The notes beneath the pieces were generated by a model that was not told where the DNA came from, ran no database searches, and worked only from the letters and a program-made list of their open reading frames with translations. The position numbers and the translations under genes are program-made. This document shows, piece after piece, positions 24,122 through 33,696 of a DNA stretch of 64,000 bases; the first letter of the stretch is position 1, and every line of letters begins with the position of its first letter. The stretch is from positions 3,075 through 67,074 of the forward strand of contig JAAZLW010000175.1 in the NCBI GenBank assembly GCA_012799135.1, written 5' to 3'. The DNA is from Bacillota bacterium. Lineage in GTDB: Bacteria; Bacillota; Limnochordia; DTU087.

Positions 24122-27100
24122 CTAGGCACGTGCCCCTTGCAGGGTAGTGACTATGTGTTCAAGTTCTCCTAAAAACTCCTGATCATCTCGGGCGCTACTC
24201 CGGACCCTGAGCTGGGAGTTGCGACTTCCCAGGATCCGTATTTTCCCCCGAAATGCGCGGGATAATTCCCGAGCTGCAGCTTCCGGCACACTAAGACCGG
24301 AAAGCATTCTGATTATGACTAGGTCTCCCCTGCGGCCAAGGCTGCCAATGCCAACCTGCCTGGCTACCACCCTGATACGAGCAATTGCCAAAAGGTTGTA
24401 GGTTGGCACAGGCGCTTCGCCAAAGCGATCCTCGATTTCTTCCAATACTCCACTAGCCTCTTCCTCGGAACCTATGGCAGCAATCCTCTTGTAAAGCTCG
24501 ACCTTCTGAGCTGCGTCTGTTACATAGCTGTCCGGCAAGTATGCATCGATATCTAAGTCAATCACCGGCTCAGGAGGTTCCTGCTTAGTTTCGCCTTTCA
24601 GCTCGTGAATGGATTCCTCCAGTAGACGACAGTAAAGCTCAAAGCCAACGGACGCGATGAATCCATGCTGTTCCGGTCCTAAGAGATTACCTGCACCGCG
24701 GATCTCCAGATCTCGCATGGCGATCTTGAAGCCAGATCCCAGTTCAGTGAACTCCTTAATAGCCTGAAGGCGTTTTTCCGCTGTCTCCGATAGCAGCTTA
24801 TCCCTTCTGTAGGTGAAATAGGCATAAGCTACCCGATTTGTCCTGCCTACGCGTCCCCGCAGCTGGTACAACTGTGCTAGTCCCATGTGTTCGGCATCAT
24901 ACACAATCAGTGTATTGACATTGGAAATGTCCATGCCTGTTTCAATAATCGTCGTGCAAAGCAGTATGTCATATTCGCCGTGCAGAAAGTCTAACATGAT
25001 CTTCTCCAGCCGGCTTTCCTCCATTTGGCCATGGGCCACCGCTAAGCGGGCTTCAGGCACTATCTCCATAATATGGGAAGCCATCCGGTCGATGGTTTGT
25101 ACTCGATTGTATACGAAATAAATCTGTCCCTGCCGAGCAAGTTCCCGATGAATTGCTTCCCTAATGACCTCATCATTGTACTCTACCACATAAGTCCTGA
25201 TGGGAAAGCGATTCTCCGGTGGTGTCTCGATCAGACTCATGTCCCGCACCCCGACCAAAGACATATGTAATGTACGAGGGATAGGTGTGGCTGTTAGAGT
25301 CAAAACATCTACTGACTGTCTGAGAGCCTTCAACCGCTCCTTCTGGGCCACACCAAAACGCTGTTCTTCATCGACAACCACCAAACCCAGATCTTTGAAT
25401 GCTACATCGGAGGAAAGCAGGCGATGGGTTCCAATAATGATATCAACTTTCCCCATCTTCAACTGCTCCAAAGAAGCAGCTTGCTCTGCCGAGGACTGGA
25501 AGCGGCTGAGAACATGGATGATGGCGGGATAACCCTCAAATCTCTCCAGGAATGTACGATAATGCTGTTGAGCCAGAATCGTGGTCGGCACCAAGACAGC
25601 TACCTGCTTGCCATCCATTATGGCCTTAAAGGCTGCTCTGATCGCCACTTCCGTTTTCCCATAGCCGACATCTCCACAGAGCAAACGGTCCATGGGCCTT
25701 GGTGATTCCATATCCTTTTTGACTTCTTCTATAGCCCGCAACTGATCGGGGGTGGGCTGATACGGAAAAGCATCTTCGAACTCCCCCTGCCAGACAGTAT
25801 CCGGCGAAAACTCGTAACCCTTGACGAGCCGGCGCTGAGCATATAGCTCCAGCAGACCCTCGGCCAGCTCTTGCACAGACTCTTTGACCTTCTTCTTGAC
25901 TCTGGCCCATTCACCGCCCCCCAGTTTGTATAACTTAGGAGGCCCATCCTCTGAGCCAATGTATTTTTGCAGCAGACGTACTTGCTCAGTAGGTACATAT
26001 AACTTGTCTGCACCGGCGTATTGAATAACCAGATAATCCTTATGCACACCTGCTACCTGCAGAGTCTGTACACCTAGGTAGCGTCCAATGCCGTGGTTGA
26101 TATGGACTACATAGTCACCTTCCCGCAGGGCACCATAGTCGGTAATTCGCACCCCTTCTTCGGCGGTGCGACTCCGTCTGGTGTGCCGGGGCCGGCCATA
26201 GATCTCATTCTCTGTAAGAACCACAGTTTTCATCTGAGGAAGCTCGAATCCGGCCTGTAGATTACCGATACTAACCAGCACATTGCCGGGCCGCAACTGT
26301 GAGTTTACCTCTGCTACATAGGTACTGACAACATCATAGTCTTTGAGGGTTTCCACTAGGCGATGACCACGTTCTTCGGTAGATACGACCATTAAGACAC
26401 TGAAGCCATCTTGCTGCCACGCCTGGGTGCTCTCTTTCAGAAAATCAAATTTACCGTAGAAGGTTTCCGGCGGTCGAGCTTGAACATTGACTGTTTGTGT
26501 GGGGTTCATCCCAGGTGCTCGTTTGGACAGTGCTGCCAGGTACAAGATGTGGTGTCGTCTGGCAGCATCGATGATACTCTGCCAATCATGGTAATTATCC
26601 ACAACTCCGGGCAGTATGCGCCCCTTTTCCAGGAGTGTTTTGTACGAATCCTGGAAATCACTAAGCAATGAACGGAGATGCTCATTGATACGAGCCGGCT
26701 CATCAAATATTACATACCCGTGCTTCGGATAATCCAGTACTGACACCAAGTTACTATAGAAGTAGGGCTTGTGCTGCTCTATTCCTTCAAAGAGAATTCC
26801 TTCCTCAAGCTTCTCCAACTGAGCTGCAAGCCGCTCTTCCAGCTCAACTGCACCTTCAATGTTCCCCACTCGCCGTAGACGCCTGATCTGCAGATCGATT
26901 TGTTGTCTAAGGGTGACTAAACCCTGCTTCCGGACTGCTTTCGGTATCATAAACTCACTAGCAGGTACAACTCGAAAGGATACGACGTTCTCCGTGGAAC
27001 GCTGGGTCTTCGGATCAAACCGGCGGATGGAGTCTATCTCATCGTCAAAGAGTTCTACTCGATAGGGTTTTTCCTCCGTCAGGGGGTAGATATCCACAAT

Positions 27101-27685
27101 GCCGCCTCGAATACTAAACTGAGTCGGACTTTCAACCAGATCCACCCGCTCATATCCCATGAGTACCAATCGAGTAACTAGATCCTCAAGGTCTACCCGG
27201 ATATCCATGTCCACTGTGAAGCTCGCCGAAAAGAAAACATCGGGAGGTATGAGTTTCTCCGCCAAGGCTTGAATAGGCATGACCAGCACCGGTGTGGGAT
27301 TCTCCACCAAGGCCTTGTAACCCAGCATCCGCTCCCGCAATATATCGAGACTACGGGTGACCTCTTCGTAAACATAGACCTCTTGGGGTGGAAAAAAGAA
27401 AAGGTCGTCAGAGGGAATAAAAGCCGTAAGATCTGTATACAGGCGCTCAGCTTGATATGCCGCATAGGTGACTACCAGTAGTGGCCCTACTCGCAGATCC
27501 GGATTCTGCTTGATCTCATGATAGAGCCCCGCTATATAGCCGGCTTTCTGAGAACCCACCAGCCCGATAGCCGCCTGTTCAGGCATACCTCGCCGAAGAC
27601 CTACCCGCAGTTGTGTAAAATCATGTGACCGAGTCACAGTCTGTAAAAGTCCCTGCATACCCATACCCGTCCCCTCCCACCACAC
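24122..27685 (-). CDS. mfd: Transcription-repair coupling factor
   Basis: 1187 aa. CarD/TRCF RNAP-interaction region, superfamily-2 helicase motifs (GDVGYGKTEVA, DEEQRFG) and TRG motif region. Confidence 0.95.
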   Translation of the reverse strand: MWWEGTGMGMQGLLQTVTRSHDFTQLRVGLRRGMPEQAAIGLVGSQKAGYIAGLYHEIKQNPDLRVGPLLVVTYAAYQAERLYTDLTAFIPSDDLFFFPPQEVYVYEEVTRSLDILRERMLGYKALVENPTPVLVMPIQALAEKLIPPDVFFSASFTVDMDIRVDLEDLVTRLVLMGYERVDLVESPTQFSIRGGIVDIYPLTEEKPYRVELFDDEIDSIRRFDPKTQRSTENVVSFRVVPASEFMIPKAVRKQGLVTLRQQIDLQIRRLRRVGNIEGAVELEERLAAQLEKLEEGILFEGIEQHKPYFYSNLVSVLDYPKHGYVIFDEPARINEHLRSLLSDFQDSYKTLLEKGRILPGVVDNYHDWQSIIDAARRHHILYLAALSKRAPGMNPTQTVNVQARPPETFYGKFDFLKESTQAWQQDGFSVLMVVSTEERGHRLVETLKDYDVVSTYVAEVNSQLRPGNVLVSIGNLQAGFELPQMKTVVLTENEIYGRPRHTRRSRTAEEGVRITDYGALREGDYVVHINHGIGRYLGVQTLQVAGVHKDYLVIQYAGADKLYVPTEQVRLLQKYIGSEDGPPKLYKLGGGEWARVKKKVKESVQELAEGLLELYAQRRLVKGYEFSPDTVWQGEFEDAFPYQPTPDQLRAIEEVKKDMESPRPMDRLLCGDVGYGKTEVAIRAAFKAIMDGKQVAVLVPTTILAQQHYRTFLERFEGYPAIIHVLSRFQSSAEQAASLEQLKMGKVDIIIGTHRLLSSDVAFKDLGLVVVDEEQRFGVAQKERLKALRQSVDVLTLTATPIPRTLHMSLVGVRDMSLIETPPENRFPIRTYVVEYNDEVIREAIHRELARQGQIYFVYNRVQTIDRMASHIMEIVPEARLAVAHGQMEESRLEKIMLDFLHGEYDILLCTTIIETGMDISNVNTLIVYDAEHMGLAQLYQLRGRVGRTNRVAYAYFTYRRDKLLSETAEKRLQAIKEFTELGSGFKIAMRDLEIRGAGNLLGPEQHGFIASVGFELYCRLLEESIHELKGETKQEPPEPVIDLDIDAYLPDSYVTDAAQKVELYKRIAAIGSEEEASGVLEEIEDRFGEAPVPTYNLLAIARIRVVARQVGIGSLGRRGDLVIIRMLSGLSVPEAAARELSRAFRGKIRILGSRNSQLRVRSSARDDQEFLGELEHIVTTLQGARA

Positions 27686-27880
27686 GCATAGCGAAAAAGG
27701 CCTTAGTTCACCTAAAGCTCATGTCAGCGCCTAACTTGTCTAGCTTGATCAACAATTCGTTGCCTTAGTTGTCGGTTGATAAAGGTTGCGACTCAATCCG
27801 CTACCCTAGCTAAGATAATCAAGGGAATAATGGGCGCGCCAAAATGACTGGAACCTGTCTACAGCAGGGCACCGTTCACC

Positions 27881-28333
27881 CTACTTTGCCAAGGCCACAA
27901 TATTCCAACAAGCATGGACAGTACCAACCAGCACAATGGCAAAAACACTAACCAACCCCAACTCGAGGAAAAACCAAGTCAACCAGCCAAAAATGCTATG
28001 CCCTAAGAAGGCCAGTAAGGCGGCTAGCCAGCGTCTGCTTCTACCTACTCCCCGATTAGCAAGAACGTCATAGATGGCTTCATATATACCAAAGCTCATA
28101 TGAACAATCGGCAAAGACACTGCAAAGGTAAGGGCCAGCCCCGTTTTCAATCCCTCTTCCACAATAGGGACTAACAGCCTCACTGCTCCATCACCAAACA
28201 CAGATACTATTAAACGATTCATTGCGTAAGCAATGAGTGCGGCCAGCCCCGATACAACCATCGCCTTGATCATATTCGCTGTACCGGTCAAAGGCTCCCG
28301 CTCCCCGTCTATGGCTCTACAAACCCCTCCCAA
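27881..28333 (-). CDS. Small polytopic membrane protein with EExxK and HxxxN motifs (mini PrsW/CPBP-like?)
   Basis: Four predicted TM segments. VEEGLK, YEAIYD, GHSIFG and HACWN motifs read from the translation. Start uncertain (TTG at 28333 or ATG at 28273). Confidence 0.4.
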   Translation of the reverse strand: MGGVCRAIDGEREPLTGTANMIKAMVVSGLAALIAYAMNRLIVSVFGDGAVRLLVPIVEEGLKTGLALTFAVSLPIVHMSFGIYEAIYDVLANRGVGRSRRWLAALLAFLGHSIFGWLTWFFLELGLVSVFAIVLVGTVHACWNIVALAK

Positions 28334-28379
28334 TACTAATACTAACGTAGACCAGAGGGTTCGAGATTATGCATCTGCA

Positions 28380-28958
28380 TCATTGCTCCTCCACAAATGT
28401 CCCATTAAATCTGGCCATGGCCACGTCGATACCTTCACTCACCCAGACTGTAGCTGCTTCCACGGCTATAGCACTGACTGATCGGACTACTTCCAATTGC
28501 TCGGGGGTGAAATCTCCCAAGACATGATCAATCACCGTCCTATCCGGAGGCGGGCTGCCTATCCCCAAACGTAAGCGATGAAAATCCTCAACACCTAGAT
28601 GCGAGATTACGGAAGTCACTCCCTTATGACCACCGGCACTTCCCCGCCGTCGCAACCGTAGCTGCCCAACTTCTAGGTCCAGATCATCATAGACAAGCAA
28701 CAGATCCTCCGGAGGTATGCTGTAGGCTGTCAATATCGCCTTGACAGCACTGCCACTGTTATTCATGAATGTCTGAGGCTTGGCCAATACAACCCTCTCT
28801 CCTGGAAAAGACACATTGCCTAGTCTAGCCTGGTATCGAGTGAACCAATCCTTCACCTTCCACCGAGCAGCCAGTCGGTCCAACACCATGAAACCCACGT
28901 TATGTCGATTGTGAGCATACTGCATACCGGGATTACCCAAGCCGATAATTGCCTTCAT
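28380..28958 (-). CDS. pth: Peptidyl-tRNA hydrolase
   Basis: MKAIIGLGNPG..YAHNRHNVGF canonical N-terminus. The upstream 28 codons of the ORF track are judged non-coding. Confidence 0.92.
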   Translation of the reverse strand: MKAIIGLGNPGMQYAHNRHNVGFMVLDRLAARWKVKDWFTRYQARLGNVSFPGERVVLAKPQTFMNNSGSAVKAILTAYSIPPEDLLLVYDDLDLEVGQLRLRRRGSAGGHKGVTSVISHLGVEDFHRLRLGIGSPPPDRTVIDHVLGDFTPEQLEVVRSVSAIAVEAATVWVSEGIDVAMARFNGTFVEEQ

Positions 28959-29130
28959 CACATGGCAGCCGCAAAACAGCGACTCATACCTCCATAATAG
29001 TCTATTCTCACAAAGAAAAATGCGCAGCCCGTAACTCGCCACGCATTTGATGGAGTAGCCTGCTGTCCTAGAAAATCAAGCACTGGCTCTCCGGCTTCGC
29101 TCCGTGTCAGCGGCAAGATTACTTGGCCGA

Positions 29131-29790
29131 CTATTCAGCCTCATCTTCCTCAGCCGCTTCATCTTCCTCAGCAGCCTCTTCGCCTTCCTCAAGTGCTTCG
29201 CCTTCTGCCACTTCGTCTTCCTCGTCCTCTTCGGGAATCTCTTCGGGAGCTACTACTGATACTACCGTCTCTTCGGGATCGGTAACCACCCTAATCCCTG
29301 GTGGAACCTGAATATCCTTCACCTGCAGCGAGTCACCTACCACGAGACCGGAAACGTCAATTTCCAGTACCTCCGGAATCTCTGTTGGCAGACAGGCGAC
29401 CTCAATCTCCCATAGTGGTTGGGAAATAACTCCACCGTCTTCAGTACGTTGGGCTTCCCCTACCAATTGAACCTGCACCATAACAGTGACTTCCTCATCC
29501 AAACGTACCTCAAGGAAATCAATATGCTGAGGTGTGCCCTTCAGGGGATCCTGTTGCAGTTCTTGTATCAAGACCGCTTTATCCTCACCGTCTAATTTAA
29601 GGCTAATCAGCCTGTTACCTCCACCCTGCCGCAAAAGGCGACTAAAAAGGCGCTCCTCCACTTGGAGGTTAATATTCTCCTTACCTGAACCATAGACAAT
29701 AGCGGGAATGTACCCTGCTTTGCGCAACCGGCGGTTGGCTCCTTTGCCCGTTCCTTGACGGAGCTCCGCAGCCAACTGATACTGTCGCAT
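29131..29790 (-). CDS. ctc: Ribosomal protein L25/Ctc with a long acidic C-terminal tail
   Basis: RQGTGKGANRRLRKAGYIPAIVYG N-terminus. ATG 8 nt after GAGGAGGA. About 38 C-terminal residues are rich in E/D/A. Confidence 0.9.
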   Translation of the reverse strand: MRQYQLAAELRQGTGKGANRRLRKAGYIPAIVYGSGKENINLQVEERLFSRLLRQGGGNRLISLKLDGEDKAVLIQELQQDPLKGTPQHIDFLEVRLDEEVTVMVQVQLVGEAQRTEDGGVISQPLWEIEVACLPTEIPEVLEIDVSGLVVGDSLQVKDIQVPPGIRVVTDPEETVVSVVAPEEIPEEDEEDEVAEGEALEEGEEAAEEDEAAEEDEAE

Positions 29791-29861
29791 AGGTCTTGTC
29801 CTCCTCACATTTACCAGCAAAATCCAAACAGGTGAGTCCCAGGCCCACCTTTAGCTATCAT

Positions 29862-29890
29862 ATTATATCACTAGGCATAGGACCGGTCAA
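29862..29890 (-). promoter_or_regulatory. Consensus sigma-A promoter upstream of ctc-pth
   Basis: Minus strand: TTGACC-N17-(TGa)TATAAT, about 70 nt upstream of the ctc ATG. Confidence 0.65.
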
Positions 29891-29952
29891 CAAAACCGAA
29901 AGTCCCGCAACCTGCAGTCACTGCCCATAGGGATACCTCAAACCTACCTACT

Positions 29953-30906
29953 CTAGTCAAAGAGCTTGCTTACCGACAACTCCTCGAAAATCCTGCGGAT
30001 AGCCTCTCCGAACAGAGGTGCGACAGACAGTACCCTGATTTTGTCCAGCTGTTTCTCAGGAGGTAGGGGAATACTGTTAGTTACCACTACTTCTTTGACC
30101 GGTGAGGCTGCCAGGCGCTCCGTCGCCGGTGGTGATAGGACGGGATGACTGCAGCATGCATAGACTTCCTTGGCGCCTCGATCGATCAACACCCTGACCG
30201 CTTCGCACATACTCCCGGCGGTATCGATGATGTCATCGATTATTATGGCTGTTTTCCCCTGAATATCTCCAATGACATTAGCGGCTTCTGCTACGTTTGG
30301 TGCAGGACGCCGTTTATCAACTATAGCCAAAGTGCAATCCAAGCGATTGGCAAACTCTCGCGCCCGGGATACTCCTCCCACATCCGGCGATACCACTACC
30401 ACATCTTCCAGTCCCTTCTCCTGGAAATAGTTGGCCAGGATGGGCATGGCTCGTAAGTTGTCTACTGGAATATCAAAGAAGCCCTGAATCTGACCCGCGT
30501 GTAGATCCATTGTCAAAACACGATCTGCACCAGCGGCTGTAAGTAAATTGGCCACCAATTTGGCACTGATCGGATCCCGGGGCTGTGTCTTGCGATCCTG
30601 GCGAGCATAGCCGTAATACGGGATGACTGCAGCTACTTCCTTAGCAGAGGCCCTCTTGAAGGCATCTATCATGATTAGAAGCTCAATCAGGTGGGTATCG
30701 GTCGGAGCGCTGGTCGGCTGAACGACAAAAACATCGGCGCCACGAACTGTCTCCCCAATTCTGATATTGATTTCACCATCTTTAAACCGGTTAATCTCCG
30801 ATTGACCTACAGTGGTACCTAGATAACGAGCGATATCTTGTGCCAGTTTCGGGTTAGCATTGCCTGTGAATATCTTTAGTTTCTTATAATTGTGCCTGAT
30901 GGCCAC
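29953..30906 (-). CDS. prs: Ribose-phosphate pyrophosphokinase
   Basis: KIFTGNANP..., DLHAGQIQGFF and VSPDVGG motifs. GTG start. Confidence 0.95.
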   Translation of the reverse strand: MAIRHNYKKLKIFTGNANPKLAQDIARYLGTTVGQSEINRFKDGEINIRIGETVRGADVFVVQPTSAPTDTHLIELLIMIDAFKRASAKEVAAVIPYYGYARQDRKTQPRDPISAKLVANLLTAAGADRVLTMDLHAGQIQGFFDIPVDNLRAMPILANYFQEKGLEDVVVVSPDVGGVSRAREFANRLDCTLAIVDKRRPAPNVAEAANVIGDIQGKTAIIIDDIIDTAGSMCEAVRVLIDRGAKEVYACCSHPVLSPPATERLAASPVKEVVVTNSIPLPPEKQLDKIRVLSVAPLFGEAIRRIFEELSVSKLFD

Positions 30907-31009
30907 ACCTGTTCACTTCCTGTTCATGAACGTATTGAAGTCTTGCCACGGCAGATTATAGCTGACTCTCCACCTCGGCAGATCCCCCTCCGAATATTCG
31001 AGAATCATG

Positions 31010-32401
31010 TCATGATCCCTTTTTTGGTGAGCCCTTTCTGCTCCGTCGACGCTTCGCCCAATTGGCGATATTGCGTTGCCTACTGCGAGCTACTCCCAGT
31101 GCACCAGGAGGGATATCACCGGTGATGGTGGAACCGGCTGCTATGTAAGCGCCTGCTCCTATTTCTACGGGAGCCACCAAGTTACAGTTGCTGCCAACGA
31201 ATACTTGATCCTCTATGGTTGTCTGGTGTTTCTCCTGCCCGTCATAGTTGCAGGTAATCGTGCCGGCTCCAATATTAGCTTTCTTGCCAACATGTGTATC
31301 CCCGAGATAGCTTAAGTGAGGCACCTTACTGCCTGAACCTATGACTGTATTCTTGATTTCACAGAATGCGCCTACCTTGGCGCCTTCCTCCAGTTGACAG
31401 CCGGGGCGAATATAGCTGTACGGTCCGACCACACATCCGGGTTCCAGACTGCTCTCCAACACCGTTGCTTGACTTATGATTACATTTTTTCCTAACCTAG
31501 CATCTCTTAACCGGGCAAAGGGCCCGATCACCGAGCCGCTGGCAATCCATGTATGACCCTCAATGAAAGTGAAAGGCAAAAGTGTCACATCGGGCTCCAA
31601 GACTGCCTCTGCATCAATGTAAGTAGTAGCCGGATCCACCATGGTCACACCGGCCAACAGCCATTTCTCCCGAACTCGATTACGCATGATCTGCTCCGCT
31701 ACCGCTAGTTGCACTCGGTTATTGATCCCCAGGGCTTCCTCATCATCCCCATGGTTAAAGATCTGTACCTTACCTTGTTCTTCTCGTAGAATCGGCAGGA
31801 CATCAGGTAAGTAGTATTCATGTTGAACATTTTGGGGCCTGATTCGACTTAACGCGCTAAACATTGAGGCACACTCAAAGACATACGTACCACTATTGAT
31901 CTCTTTTACCATAGCCTCCTCAGGGGTAGCATCTTTTTGCTCTACTATCCTCTCAAATCCACCGGTAGAGTCTCTGATGATCCGGCCATAGTCGGTGGGA
32001 TCATCGACATTGACTGTCAGCACTGTCCCGATGGCACCAGAATCTTGATGTGAATGCACTAATTCCCGTAGTGTCGCTGGCCGGTAAAGAGGTGTATCTC
32101 CATGGATTACCAGTAAGGGGCCATCATGGTTTTCTAGGACCGACGCTGTCTGCAGTACCGCATGACCGGTCCCCAACTGCTCCTCTTGCACCACATACTC
32201 AAGCTCGCTTCCTAGTACCTCCTGAATTTGCTTCGCCGCTGATCCAACAACAATGATGATACGCTCAATCCCGGCTTCCCTCAAACTATCGACCACATGG
32301 GCTACCATGGGACGTCCACAGATCGGATGGATCACCTTCGGGATGTCAGACTTCATACGGGTGCCCTTTCCTGCAGCTAGAACTACGGCCGCTACTGCCA
32401 T
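31010..32401 (-). CDS. glmU: Bifunctional UDP-N-acetylglucosamine pyrophosphorylase / glucosamine-1-phosphate N-acetyltransferase
   Basis: MAVAAVVLAAGKGTRMKS N-terminus 6 nt after GGGAGGGGG. C-terminal hexapeptide repeats. A terminator hairpin at 32494-32514 excludes the longer ORF. Confidence 0.95.
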   Translation of the reverse strand: MAVAAVVLAAGKGTRMKSDIPKVIHPICGRPMVAHVVDSLREAGIERIIIVVGSAAKQIQEVLGSELEYVVQEEQLGTGHAVLQTASVLENHDGPLLVIHGDTPLYRPATLRELVHSHQDSGAIGTVLTVNVDDPTDYGRIIRDSTGGFERIVEQKDATPEEAMVKEINSGTYVFECASMFSALSRIRPQNVQHEYYLPDVLPILREEQGKVQIFNHGDDEEALGINNRVQLAVAEQIMRNRVREKWLLAGVTMVDPATTYIDAEAVLEPDVTLLPFTFIEGHTWIASGSVIGPFARLRDARLGKNVIISQATVLESSLEPGCVVGPYSYIRPGCQLEEGAKVGAFCEIKNTVIGSGSKVPHLSYLGDTHVGKKANIGAGTITCNYDGQEKHQTTIEDQVFVGSNCNLVAPVEIGAGAYIAAGSTITGDIPPGALGVARSRQRNIANWAKRRRSRKGSPKKGS

Positions 32402-32485
32402 ATATATCCCCCTCCCTAAGCTACGCATGACTATAGTAAGCTTCTGGAATACTAGAAAAGAGTCCTGCCAAGCCCATGGCCAGAT

Positions 32486-32514
32486 CAAGATAAAGCCCGC
32501 CTTTACGGCGGGCT
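32486..32514 (-). terminator. Intrinsic terminator of the SASP gene
   Basis: Minus strand: AGCCCGCC-gtaaa-GGCGGGCT followed by TTATCTTG. Confidence 0.65.
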
Positions 32515-32562
32515 AGTAACCAACGCTAGCAATGCTGGCCTAACACTGTGTACTCAGTAATC

Positions 32563-32793
32563 CTAGGGTGCATTGGTGCCGGCCTGATTAATCAGGGACT
32601 GCTCCGCTGCTGCAATCATCTTACGGACCATATTACCGCCTACGGCCCCACAATCCCGAGAAGAGATATGGCCCCAGTATCCTTCCGCGGGTACCTGAAT
32701 ACCCAGCTCGTTGGCGGTCTCGTACTTAAACTGCTCCAACGCGTTATATGCCTGCTGTACCAAAGGCTGATTCCGTTTCTGACCAGTACCCAT
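32563..32793 (-). CDS. Alpha/beta-type small acid-soluble spore protein (second copy)
   Basis: MGTGQKRN...KYETANELGI...GAVGGNMVRKMIAAAEQ. ATG 7 nt after AGGAGGTG. Confidence 0.9.
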   Translation of the reverse strand: MGTGQKRNQPLVQQAYNALEQFKYETANELGIQVPAEGYWGHISSRDCGAVGGNMVRKMIAAAEQSLINQAGTNAP

Positions 32794-32820
32794 GATCTCA
32801 CCTCCTAACGGGTTCACTTC

Positions 32821-32850
32821 TAGTTTGAGCCCATTAGGAGGTCACTATGC
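32821..32850 (-). promoter_or_regulatory. Sigma-G type forespore promoter of the second SASP gene
   Basis: Minus strand: GCATA-N18-CAAACTA, the same boxes and spacing as at 12750-12779. Confidence 0.7.
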
Positions 32851-32889
32851 TGGTTGTTTCTTGGCAAAGCTGGGTATGAGATGCCTAGC

Positions 32890-33696
32890 CTAATGGTAGT
32901 GAATCCCGTTTCCAGGCATATATTCCGATCCGCAATAATCGGATCTTTCCAGAACCTGACGTACAAGCTGTAGGTCACTTGGTTTATCTACATCAATACC
33001 TACTTGAGGATAAGGCGAGACCACTCCCACACCCCGAAAGCTCAAGATATCTTCCACTCGGGCCTCAATCTCCCTTAGGCTCAGTTGGTTGAAAATGAAC
33101 TTCATAATAAACTTAAAGCCCAGCATCCGACTCAACTTGATCGGTTTTTTGCGCATGGCGATTGCCTGTTCGATCATCGTATAGCATTTTTCGATGATCT
33201 CAGGTGAAATCAAGGCCATGTTACCGCCGGTAAACACACCTTCCCGCAAACGCACATAGGTCCGTTTAACCCCTGGAAACTCCTGATCATTGACATCTCT
33301 ACAGATAATCGGATAGTAGATATCCGCTTCCCGCTCCTCACACCTCTGGATAAAGTCTGATACAGCTGAGGGCTTTAGGAGTGGGATATCAGACGTCACC
33401 ACCAGAACCTTATCCTCAGTGTCGAGCCCCCTAATTCCCTGGCGAATGTTGCCAATCATGGTGTCGACTGCCGGAACAAAAGTGACTTTGCCTTGCCAAT
33501 CCCCGTCGAAAGCCCCCACCGGGGCTGTTACTACGATGCGACCAATCTCAGGAACGGCCGCCAGGGCATCCAATACATAATACACCATAGGCCGCCCAGC
33601 GATCTCAATACCGGCTTCATAGAAACTACTATCCATTTCCCGCAAGCGGCCGGTGTTTTTCGCACCAGCTAGTACCACTGCATCGACGCGGTTCAT
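32890..33696 (-). CDS. Nucleotidyltransferase family protein (MobA-like NTP-transferase fold)
   Basis: VDAVVLAGAKNTGRL... N-terminal nucleotide-binding loop and SDIPLL motif. ATGA start/stop overlap with the GntR gene. Confidence 0.6.
   Translation of the reverse strand: MNRVDAVVLAGAKNTGRLREMDSSFYEAGIEIAGRPMVYYVLDALAAVPEIGRIVVTAPVGAFDGDWQGKVTFVPAVDTMIGNIRQGIRGLDTEDKVLVVTSDIPLLKPSAVSDFIQRCEEREADIYYPIICRDVNDQEFPGVKRTYVRLREGVFTGGNMALISPEIIEKCYTMIEQAIAMRKKPIKLSRMLGFKFIMKFIFNQLSLREIEARVEDILSFRGVGVVSPYPQVGIDVDKPSDLQLVRQVLERSDYCGSEYMPGNGIHYH

Noticed and set aside
28959-29042. N-terminal extensions of ORF-track models for pth. The same issue affects glmU (32402-32488), spoVT (23995-24060), hup (19588-19668), ctc, rplI, yybS, pheA and the GH18-like gene (40995-41117).
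   Set aside because: In each case the conserved protein N-terminus and a good Shine-Dalgarno sequence occur at an internal start. For glmU a terminator hairpin also lies inside the extension.
29123-29311. Ser-rich 62-aa plus-strand ORF (SSSAASSSSAASS...)
   Set aside because: It is the antisense reading of the GAA/GAG-rich acidic tail of ctc, so it is a compositional artefact.
12809-32793. The two inverted SASP copies as substrates for a ~20-kb invertible segment
   Set aside because: Apart from the promoter boxes and the conserved core codons, the nucleotide sequences have diverged with many synonymous differences. There are no long identical repeats to support recombination.
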